Part shown: piece after piece, positions 46,985 to 54,373 of the stretch | Numbering within the stretch: the stretch's first letter is position 1 | Layout of the letters: each line of letters starts with the position of its first letter | Origin: Candidatus Collierbacteria bacterium | GTDB taxonomy: Bacteria > Patescibacteriota > Microgenomatia > UBA1400 > JACPES01 | DNA length: 64,000 nucleotides | Direction: 5' to 3' | Assembly: GCA_016183365.1 (NCBI GenBank) | Contig: JACPES010000003.1 | Coordinates: forward strand, 409,154-473,153 | Notes under the pieces: model-generated | What the model saw: the letters and a program-made list of their open reading frames with translations, nothing else | The model's database searches: none | Told to the model about the DNA's origin: nothing | Made by a program: the position numbers and the translations under genes

Positions 46985-47616
46985 CAATTTCAGCCTATGG
47001 GATTGGAAAAAGGGCTTTAGACGTTATTTCAGCGGTAACATTAATTGTTCTTTGTACCCCTTTATGGATAATTATTCCGATATTAATTAAATTAGAGAGT
47101 TCTGGGCCGGCGATTTTTTCTCAACCCAGAGTCGGCCGGAAAGGCAAGATATTTAAGATTTTAAAGTTTCGTTCGATGGTCGTGAACGCGGATGAGTTAT
47201 TATGGAAGAACCGGGAATATAAAGAATTAAGGAATAAATTTACAGAGTCGGATTGGAAATTAGAAAACGATCCCAGGGTAACTAAAATCGGATGGATTTT
47301 ACGGCGTTTATCCATTGATGAATTTCCCCAAGTGTTTAATATTTTAAAAGGAGATATGAGCATTGTCGGTCCCCGGGCTTACCGGCCCCAAGAGATCGAG
47401 GCCCAAGCCAAAAAATATGCCCATACCAAAAAATGGATCGAGAAAGCGTTATTGGTTAAACCGGGGATTACCGGACTTTGGCAGGTTTCAGGCAGAAATG
47501 ACGTCCCATTTGACAAGAGGGTCCAAATTGACGCAGAATATGCCAGCAGGAAATCGCTGTCGGAGGATCTGATGATTTTATTGAAGACGCCAAAGGCTAT
47601 GTTGAGCAAGTGGTGA
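46981..47616 (+). CDS. Polyprenyl-phosphate glycosyl-1-phosphate transferase (bacterial sugar transferase, WbaP/PglC/WecA-like initiating enzyme)
   Basis: N-terminal TM, KFRSM, DELPQ-like EFPQVFNILKGDMSIVGPRA motif. Confidence 0.85.
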   Translation: MTISAYGIGKRALDVISAVTLIVLCTPLWIIIPILIKLESSGPAIFSQPRVGRKGKIFKILKFRSMVVNADELLWKNREYKELRNKFTESDWKLENDPRVTKIGWILRRLSIDEFPQVFNILKGDMSIVGPRAYRPQEIEAQAKKYAHTKKWIEKALLVKPGITGLWQVSGRNDVPFDKRVQIDAEYASRKSLSEDLMILLKTPKAMLSKW

Positions 47617-47646
47617 TTGCAACCCTTGAATAAGTTGTTTTCAACA

Positions 47647-47706
47647 GTCATTCCGTGCTCGACACGGAATCTATATAATATAGATTCCAGCTTTCGTTGA
47701 AATGAC
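47647..47706. repeat. Family B palindromic element, intergenic copy
   Basis: gtcattccgtgctcgacacggaatctatataatatagattccagctttcgttgaaatgac. Confidence 0.75.
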
Positions 47707-47740
47707 ATGGAAAACGGAGTTATTTAACACTCTTTAATTT

Positions 47741-49642
47741 ATGGAAGAAGACAAAAGTGAAAACCTAAATGTTAAATCCCCGGCGGAAAACACCAGCCGT
47801 AAGGGGTTAAAATTTTTCCTTCTTGGATTTGGAACTATTCTGCTGATTGTGGCGGTCTTGGGGCTATTTGTCGGATTGCAGGCCAAAAAAGTCTATACCG
47901 AGACTTTAAAGCTTCAACCCCTAATTGAAAAAGCTCAAGGCAATTTTTCGGCCCAAGATCTGTCGGCCTTAAGGAGGACTTTAGCTGATATAAATAATCA
48001 GATCGGCGTGGTTAGGAGTGCTTATTCGCCTTTAATCCAGCTAAAATTTATTCCATTCGGTGGCAAATATGTGGCAGATGGCCAACATTTACTGACGGCT
48101 GCCAGCGCCGGAGTAGAAGCAGGCGAAATCTTGGTAGACGCGGTGGAACCTTATGCCGACGTTTTGGGTTTTCAGGGATCGGGATCTTTTACCGGAGGCA
48201 CAGCCGAAGACAGGGTGATTGCCATTTTAGGAACTCTGGATAAGGTGGCTCCGAAACTGGAAGATATGTCGGTGAAACTAAAAATAGTGGACGGAGAATT
48301 GGCCCAAATTGACGAACGCCGCTACAATTTTATCTTCAAAGAAAAAAATATTGCCGAACAAGCCAAGAAGGCCAAAGAAATCATTCATGCCGCGACTGTG
48401 GGGATAAGCGATGCCAGGCCGGCTCTAGAGGCTTTGCCAAAAGTTGCCGGAATGGAAGGGGAAAAGAAGTATATGATTTTATTCCATAACGATGGTGAAT
48501 TGCGCGGTACCGGCGGCTTTATGACCGCCTATGGAATCTTAAGAGTCGATAAAGGCAATGTAGCCGCCGAAAAAAGCAGTGATATTTATGATCTTGACAG
48601 CAAATTTAAAGAGAGGCTTCAGCCCCCGGCTCCGATTAAGAAATACTTGAAAGTGCCGTATTGGTATTTGCGGGACATGAATTATTCCCCTGACTTCAAG
48701 CAGAATATGGATTTATTTTATTCATATTATAAAAATATTAAAGGTGAACCCAAGATTGACGGGATTATCGGGGTTGATACCAATTTCCTGGTTAGTTTGT
48801 TAAAAATTCTCGGTCCGACTGACGTCCCCGGATTTGGGCGTTTCTCGGCTGAAAACGATCCGAGATGCGATTGCCCGCAAGTGGTTTATCAGTTGGAACT
48901 AATTGCTGACCGACCGGTAGCAACAGTGGTTGAGAACCGCAAAGGCGCTTTGGGACCGATGATGAGGGAAATAATATTTAAAGCTTATGCCGCTCCTAAA
49001 CCCTGGTGGGATGATTTATTGCGGGCTTTTGGCGACGACATTTCAGCCAAGCATATTGTGTTTTATTTTATGGACGAGAATCTTCAGTCAATTGTCGAGA
49101 ATTTGAATATAGCCGGCAGGACGGACAATACTGAAGATGACTATTTAATGATTGTTGATACTAATTTGGGCGGGGCTAAGGCAAATCTATTTATCAAAGA
49201 AGATGTTTTACAAGAAATGACAATCGGCAATGACGGGACTATTACTAAAAAATTGACGGTTACTTATACCAATACCGCTCCGGCTTCAAATTGTAATTTA
49301 GAAGCAGGGCAATTATGTTTAAATGCGACTGTGCCGGATGTGGTCAGGGTTTATGTTCCCTTGGGGAGTAAATTAGTGGAGGCCATTGGGTTTGACGATC
49401 AGGTGGAAGTAAAAGAAGACCTAGGGAAAACCGTTTTGGAAGGTTTCGTTAAAGTGGCCCCTCAAAGTTCAACCAAAACTATTTATACTTATATTTTGCC
49501 TTGGAAGTCATCTTTGGCTCCTAAACAGCTTCTAATTCAAAAACAGGTCGGAAAAGAAACTCCCCACTATAAGATCGAATTGCCGGATAGGGTGGAAGAA
49601 TTTGATTTGTCTTCCGATAAAAGCTTCAGTGTCAACTGGTGA
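47741..49642 (+). CDS. Large N-terminally anchored extracytoplasmic protein (DUF4012-like), unknown function
   Basis: Single N-terminal TM (FFLLGFGTILLIVAVLGLFV), 633 aa; follows the initiating transferase. Confidence 0.35.
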   Translation: MEEDKSENLNVKSPAENTSRKGLKFFLLGFGTILLIVAVLGLFVGLQAKKVYTETLKLQPLIEKAQGNFSAQDLSALRRTLADINNQIGVVRSAYSPLIQLKFIPFGGKYVADGQHLLTAASAGVEAGEILVDAVEPYADVLGFQGSGSFTGGTAEDRVIAILGTLDKVAPKLEDMSVKLKIVDGELAQIDERRYNFIFKEKNIAEQAKKAKEIIHAATVGISDARPALEALPKVAGMEGEKKYMILFHNDGELRGTGGFMTAYGILRVDKGNVAAEKSSDIYDLDSKFKERLQPPAPIKKYLKVPYWYLRDMNYSPDFKQNMDLFYSYYKNIKGEPKIDGIIGVDTNFLVSLLKILGPTDVPGFGRFSAENDPRCDCPQVVYQLELIADRPVATVVENRKGALGPMMREIIFKAYAAPKPWWDDLLRAFGDDISAKHIVFYFMDENLQSIVENLNIAGRTDNTEDDYLMIVDTNLGGAKANLFIKEDVLQEMTIGNDGTITKKLTVTYTNTAPASNCNLEAGQLCLNATVPDVVRVYVPLGSKLVEAIGFDDQVEVKEDLGKTVLEGFVKVAPQSSTKTIYTYILPWKSSLAPKQLLIQKQVGKETPHYKIELPDRVEEFDLSSDKSFSVNW

Positions 49643-50175
49643 ACAACACTTTTTCCACACTGGCTATAATTATCGGCCGGAGAAATTACCACGAGGCCGA
49701 TAGGCTGTTAACTCTTTTTACCGAAAAAAACGGCAAAATGGTTGTCAGGGCCAAAGGGATAAGATTAAGCCAGTCGAAACGGCAGGGGCATATTGAACTA
49801 TTTAACACTATCAAAGCTCAAATTATTGAGAGCCGGAATTTTCCGATTTTGGCCCAGACAGAATTAATCGCGGACAGATCGGTCATAAAATCCGATATTA
49901 AATTGTTGCGGATTGCTTATCATTTAACGGAATTAGTTTCCAGATTGACGCCGGAGCATGAGAAACATCAGGAGATTTTTGATTTATTGAACCGGGCTTT
50001 TTGTTCTATTAATCTTAAGATTTGGGACAAGGAAGAATTTTTGTCTGAAAAATTTGAAGAAAAATTATTGCATCTTTTGGGATACGGCGTTCCTCCGGAT
50101 GGCGGTTCCTGGCATGACTACATTGAAAGCATTACCGACTTCAAGCTACGGGCCCAAGAGATTCTAAGCCAATAG
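49639..50175 (+). CDS. recO: DNA repair protein RecO (short form)
   Basis: N-terminal OB-fold pattern LAIIIGRRNYHEADRLLTLFTEKNGKMVVRAKG matches RecO. Confidence 0.7.
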   Translation: MNNTFSTLAIIIGRRNYHEADRLLTLFTEKNGKMVVRAKGIRLSQSKRQGHIELFNTIKAQIIESRNFPILAQTELIADRSVIKSDIKLLRIAYHLTELVSRLTPEHEKHQEIFDLLNRAFCSINLKIWDKEEFLSEKFEEKLLHLLGYGVPPDGGSWHDYIESITDFKLRAQEILSQ

Positions 50176-50197
50176 TGTTATATACTTTATAAAACAT

Positions 50198-50349
50198 ATG
50201 GAGAACTTAATGGATAAAGTTGTCAGTTTGTGTAAAAGACGGCCCCAGAAGTACACTTCCTTCGGTCCGTGGTCTACGCCCACGCTACCGAAGAGCCTGA
50301 CTTCGGGCTTCTGGCGTACCAGAAGGTTTGTTTTTGTTATGGAGTCTGT
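50198..50349 (+). promoter_or_regulatory. glyS leader: a degenerate duplicate of the glyS 5-prime end, then alternative hairpins and an intrinsic terminator (attenuator / T-box-like candidate)
   Basis: atggataaagttgtcagtttgtgtaaaagacgg (MDKVVSLCKRR) is a duplicate of the real start atggacaagattgttagtttagccaaaagaagg (MDKIVSLAKRR); ccagaag at 50245, then cttctgg-cgta-ccagaag-gtttgtttttgtt. Confidence 0.45.
50308..50338 (+). terminator. Intrinsic terminator hairpin immediately upstream of the glyS RBS
   Basis: cttctgg cgta ccagaag followed by gtttgtttttgtt; RBS ggag at 50341, ATG at 50350. Confidence 0.5.
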
Positions 50350-51702
50350 ATGGATTTAATGGACAAGATTGTTAGTTTAGCCAAAAGAAGGGGTTTTGTT
50401 TTTCCGGGGTCGGAGATTTATGGGGGAATAGCCGGATTTTGGGACTACGGGCCGCTGGGGGTAGAGCTTAAGAACAATATCAAGCGCGAGTGGTGGCGAT
50501 CGATGGTTTACCAACGAGATGATGTAGTCGGTCTGGACGCGGCGATTGTGATGAACCCTAAAGTTTGGGAAGCTTCTGGACATCTAAAATCTTTTACAGA
50601 CCCTCTAGTTGAATGTAAAAAATGCCATAAAAGATTTAGGCTAGATAAATATCAAGAGTTTATTAAGTCCGCAGAATCTCAATATCCGAATAAAGTTACG
50701 CTAGATTCTTCATTTATCGAGATATTTATTTGTGACAATGGTGAATGGCATGATTCTAAATTTTTCACAGCTGAAAAGAAATTTAACCTTATGACCGAAG
50801 TCTTGTTGGGGGTGACGGAGCCAAAGCAGACAGCGTATCTTAGGGGAGAAATTACTCAAGGCGTGTTTGTTAACTTCCAGAATGTGGTTGATTCTTCTAG
50901 GGTAAAAATACCTTTTGGTATCGCCCAGATTGGGAAGGCTTTCCGAAATGAAATCACTCCCGGTAACTTCATTTTTCGGAGCCGGGAGTTCGAACAAATG
51001 GAGCTGGAATTTTTTACCAGACCGGATGAAAAAGAAGGGGAAAAATGGTTTGCATATTGGAAACAGGAAAGACTGCAATGGTATTTGTCTTTGGGAATGG
51101 CCAAGCAGTCTTTAAGATTTCGCGAACACGCTCCGGATGAACGGGCTCACTATGCGAGGAAGGCATTTGATATTGAATACCATGCCCCCTTCGGCTGGAG
51201 TGAATTTGAAGGTATCCATCATCGGGGGGATTGGGATCTGGACCGACATAAATTAAAATATAAAGACAATCAAACCGGAGACGAATATACCCCCTGGGTG
51301 ATTGAAACTTCAGGTGGTGTAGATCGAGCTATCCTATTCTTCCTATTGAATGCGTATCACGAAGAACCCGGTCGGGTAATTTTGCGTTTTCATCCAAAAC
51401 TTGCTCCTTATAAAGTCGCTGTGTTTCCGCTGGTGCGCAATAAGCCGGAGATTACCGCCAAAGCCAAGCAAGTTTTTGATATTTTGAAGACTCGGTTTCG
51501 GACAGGATGGGATGATCGAGGAAATATCGGAAAAAGGTATTATTCTCAAGACGAGATCGGAACTCCGTGGTGCGTGACGGTTGATTATGATACTTTGGAG
51601 GACGGTACGGTGACGGTGAGAAATAGAGATAGTGCAAACCAAGAAAGAGTTTCAATTAGAAAACTGGTAGAATATATTAACAACAAATTGTTAAATTGTT
51701 AG
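50350..51702 (+). CDS. glyS: Glycine--tRNA ligase (dimeric class II GlyRS, glyQS type)
   Basis: MDLMDKIVSLAKRRGFVFPGSEIYGG start, class II motifs (FRNE, GGVDR-like SGGVDRAILFFL), anticodon-binding C-terminus. Confidence 0.9.
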   Translation: MDLMDKIVSLAKRRGFVFPGSEIYGGIAGFWDYGPLGVELKNNIKREWWRSMVYQRDDVVGLDAAIVMNPKVWEASGHLKSFTDPLVECKKCHKRFRLDKYQEFIKSAESQYPNKVTLDSSFIEIFICDNGEWHDSKFFTAEKKFNLMTEVLLGVTEPKQTAYLRGEITQGVFVNFQNVVDSSRVKIPFGIAQIGKAFRNEITPGNFIFRSREFEQMELEFFTRPDEKEGEKWFAYWKQERLQWYLSLGMAKQSLRFREHAPDERAHYARKAFDIEYHAPFGWSEFEGIHHRGDWDLDRHKLKYKDNQTGDEYTPWVIETSGGVDRAILFFLLNAYHEEPGRVILRFHPKLAPYKVAVFPLVRNKPEITAKAKQVFDILKTRFRTGWDDRGNIGKRYYSQDEIGTPWCVTVDYDTLEDGTVTVRNRDSANQERVSIRKLVEYINNKLLNC

Positions 51703-51737
51703 ATTGCTATGTTGCTATATTGTTAAAATTATCTGCC

Positions 51738-52523
51738 ATGAAACGCTCACTGTCAATTGTTTTTTGTTTTTTGTTTTTTGGATTTTTTTTATCCGGCTGT
51801 TTGTCCAAGAAAGCGGAAAAGCCTGTCGAGCGGCCAAAAATTCAGGAAACTGTTAATAGGGTTCCGGTTGATAAAAGACCTTATTCGGTTTTGTCATTTT
51901 CCGATTCCGGCCGGTTTCCCGCAGGCCGGGAATTAAAACTGGAAATAGCTGATGGAAAAAACGCCGCATCCATCGAATATGAATTGGAATATCAGGCCGG
52001 AACTTTAGTCCAAGCCGGAGTCGGTTCGATTAATCCTAAAGGAGAAAAACTTCCTTTGAGCAGAGATATTTTGTTGGGTTCGTGCAGCGCCGGCGGCGCC
52101 TGCAGTTATAGCGAAGATGTTAAGGGCGGAACACTTTTATTAAGATTTAAGGGGTCGGATATTGGCAGTATTAAAGGAGAATGGAATTTTTATCACCCCG
52201 GAAACGATGGAAAACTTGCCAGCCGTGATGCCAAATTCCAACTAGACGCTCCAAAACTTAAAAATTCGTATGTATTGGTTGCCCAAACTTTGGGATTGCC
52301 CCCTCAAGCAAATGGTGAATTAATAGCCGGTCCTTATCATCTGGAAACTACTGCAGATAAAACCGGGGATATGCAGCTAACTATGAGATTGAATGAAGAA
52401 TCTGAAGCTGTTGTTTTGTGGAGATGGGATGGGAAAGAACTCCAAAAAATTCCGTCTGAATTTTTCGGCAAAACTTTAACAGCTAAAGTTACCACTTCCG
52501 GAACCTATCTGGTGATTAAGTAG
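51738..52523 (+). CDS. Putative lipoprotein, unknown function
   Basis: Signal peptide with lipobox MKRSLSIVFCFLFFGFFLSGC; start at the ATG at 51738. Confidence 0.5.
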   Translation: MKRSLSIVFCFLFFGFFLSGCLSKKAEKPVERPKIQETVNRVPVDKRPYSVLSFSDSGRFPAGRELKLEIADGKNAASIEYELEYQAGTLVQAGVGSINPKGEKLPLSRDILLGSCSAGGACSYSEDVKGGTLLLRFKGSDIGSIKGEWNFYHPGNDGKLASRDAKFQLDAPKLKNSYVLVAQTLGLPPQANGELIAGPYHLETTADKTGDMQLTMRLNEESEAVVLWRWDGKELQKIPSEFFGKTLTAKVTTSGTYLVIK

Positions 52524-52553
52524 TTTCTATATCAAATTGTTTCAAAAGGTTTC

Positions 52554-52602
52554 AAAAAGGCCAGGCCTTTCCAAGAAAGGCCTGGCCTTTTTGATGTGGT
52601 TT
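52554..52602 (+). terminator. Family D double-palindrome hairpin acting as a likely intrinsic terminator
   Basis: aaaaaggccaggccttt ccaag aaaggcctggccttttt; 17-bp perfect stem plus a T-run, downstream of the lipoprotein gene. Confidence 0.65.
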
Positions 52603-52638
52603 GATACTCCACGCATGATTTCCAGCGGGATTTATCCC

Positions 52639-52692
52639 TTGACACCCCTTGAAAACTGGTGTTTAATGGTGATTAGTGGTGAAAAGTGGTGA
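52639..52692 (+). promoter_or_regulatory. Pmra promoter (TTGACA-17-TTTAAT) with a triple TGGTGA direct-repeat MraZ operator at 10-bp spacing
   Basis: ttgaca 52639-52644, tttaat 52662-52667, tggtga at 52667, 52677, 52687. Confidence 0.6.
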
Positions 52693-52708
52693 CAAGGATA
52701 ATAATCTA

Positions 52709-53146
52709 ATGTTAATCGGGCGTTACTCTACAAGTGTTGGAGCAAAAGGAAGAGTCGCAGTTCCCGTAAAACTTCGCGAGGAGTTAGGGAAATCGGCCAT
52801 TATTTCTCAAGGATATGAAAAATCGCTTCTTCTGGTCGCATGCGACAAATGGGAAGTGTTAACGGGATTTTTGAAAAACAAGCCATTAACCATTAGCCCG
52901 GCCAGAGATACAGAAAGGTTTTTGTTCGGCAGCGCATTTGAGGTGGAATTTGACGATCAGGGAAGGATCGTGGTTCCACAGGAGCTGCGTGAATTTGCCG
53001 GATTAAATGACGAAGCCGTATTTTTGGGAGTCGGAAACCGAGTTGAAATTTGGTCGCGGGAAAACTGGGTTAAATACGACCACGATTTGAAAAAAAATAT
53101 TGAAGAAATAGCGGCTCAATTAACCGAAAACGACCATGACAAATAG
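52709..53146 (+). CDS. mraZ: Transcriptional regulator MraZ
   Basis: Duplicated MraZ/SpoVT-AbrB-like halves: RYSTSVGAKGRVAVPVKLRE and FEVEFDDQGRIVVPQELRE; start at the ATG at 52709, downstream of the operator. Confidence 0.8.
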   Translation: MLIGRYSTSVGAKGRVAVPVKLREELGKSAIISQGYEKSLLLVACDKWEVLTGFLKNKPLTISPARDTERFLFGSAFEVEFDDQGRIVVPQELREFAGLNDEAVFLGVGNRVEIWSRENWVKYDHDLKKNIEEIAAQLTENDHDK

Positions 53147-54101
53147 TTCACGGCACGTGCCGGTGCTTTTGGAAGAAACGATTGATTTATTGAAAATAAA
53201 AACAGGAAAAAAATATATAGACGCGACATTGGGTGGCGGAGGACATACTAAGAAAATTTTAGAATCAGGTGGATTGGTTTTGGGGATAGACAGGGACCCG
53301 GAAGCGCTGGAAAAAGTCAAAAAAGATTTATCAGAATACATTAAGCAGAAAAAATTGATTGTATACAGGGGTAGTTTTGAAAATTTAGACACCATTGCCA
53401 GGGAAAATGGATTCGGAGAAATTAACGGAATCTTGTTTGATCTGGGGATGAGTTCTGACCAATTTGAGTCCGGCCGAGGTTTTTCCTTTATGAAAGATGA
53501 ACCCCTAGACATGAGGATGGATCCGGATTTGGGAGTAACTGCGGCAGATTTGGCAAACGCTTTAAGCCAAAAAGAATTGTTTGGGCTATTTACTAAACTC
53601 GCTCAAGTCGAAAGAGCAAGGGAAATTGCCGGAGCGATTGTCAAAAGGCGCCGGTTAGCTCCAATAAAAACCACCCGGGAGTTGGTGAAAATTATGGAGT
53701 CGGTTCCGGTTTGTCGGCGCCAAACAAACCTGCATCCGGCCACCAAAGTATTTATGGCTTTAAGAATTGCCGTTAACAATGAACTGGAGAATCTGGAAAA
53801 GGCTTTACCGCAAGCGTGCGGGCTTCTTGAGATCGGCGGAAGGTTGGCAGTTATAAGTTTTCATCAGGGCGAAGACAAGATAGTCAAGTGGTTTTTCCGT
53901 CAGAGATCAGTTGTTATTCCCGCGAAAGAAGGAATCTATTTAGATAGATCCCAGGTCAAGCAGTTCGACAGCCCTATGCTCACTGCCGAAGTGTCTGGGA
54001 TGACAGAGGTGAACAAAGAACCAATTATGGCGTCGGCAAAAGAGGTGCAATTTAATCCAGGATCGAGGAGCGCCAAACTAAGAGTCGCAGAGAAATTATG
54101 A
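53136..54101 (+). CDS. rsmH: 16S rRNA (cytosine1402-N4)-methyltransferase RsmH (MraW)
   Basis: HVPVLLEETIDLL, DATLGGGGHT, GILFDLGMSSDQ. Confidence 0.9.
   Translation: MTNSSRHVPVLLEETIDLLKIKTGKKYIDATLGGGGHTKKILESGGLVLGIDRDPEALEKVKKDLSEYIKQKKLIVYRGSFENLDTIARENGFGEINGILFDLGMSSDQFESGRGFSFMKDEPLDMRMDPDLGVTAADLANALSQKELFGLFTKLAQVERAREIAGAIVKRRRLAPIKTTRELVKIMESVPVCRRQTNLHPATKVFMALRIAVNNELENLEKALPQACGLLEIGGRLAVISFHQGEDKIVKWFFRQRSVVIPAKEGIYLDRSQVKQFDSPMLTAEVSGMTEVNKEPIMASAKEVQFNPGSRSAKLRVAEKL
53903..54004. repeat. Family B palindromic element (degenerate), 102-bp in-frame insertion near the rsmH C-terminus
   Basis: gttattcccgcgaaagaaggaatctatttagatagatcccaggtcaagcag...gggatgac; encodes VIPAKEGIYLDRSQVKQFDSPMLTAEVSGMT. 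Confidence 0.7.
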
Positions 54102-54373
54102 GATTAATCGTTTACGTCATATTATTTGTCAGCACGGTTGTGATCTTGATAAATTTAGCCATGACCAATTCTTTGGCTTCAGACGGGAGAGGCTTGGCCG
54201 GATTAATGGATAAAGAAATAGAATTGAACTCGATAACAGCAAATTTAGAAGCGGATATAATGGTGGCCGGATCAGTGTTTTCAGTCGAAAGCAGAGCCAA
54301 GGAATTGGGCTTCAACTTACCCTTGAAAGTGGTGGCTATTAAACCTCTGCCAATAGCCTCTAAAGGTGATTAA
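54098..54373 (+). CDS. FtsL-like small bitopic cell-division protein
   Basis: 91 aa, single N-terminal TM (LIVYVILFVSTVVILINLAM); sits in the ftsL slot between rsmH and ftsI. Confidence 0.35.
   Translation: MRLIVYVILFVSTVVILINLAMTNSLASDGRGLAGLMDKEIELNSITANLEADIMVAGSVFSVESRAKELGFNLPLKVVAIKPLPIASKGD

Noticed and set aside
50245..50338. Definite T-box riboswitch call for the glyS leader
   Set aside because: Alternative pairing and a terminator are visible, but the canonical T-box consensus (AGGGUGGNACCGCG) and specifier-loop context could not be matched convincingly by eye. Reported only as a candidate attenuator.
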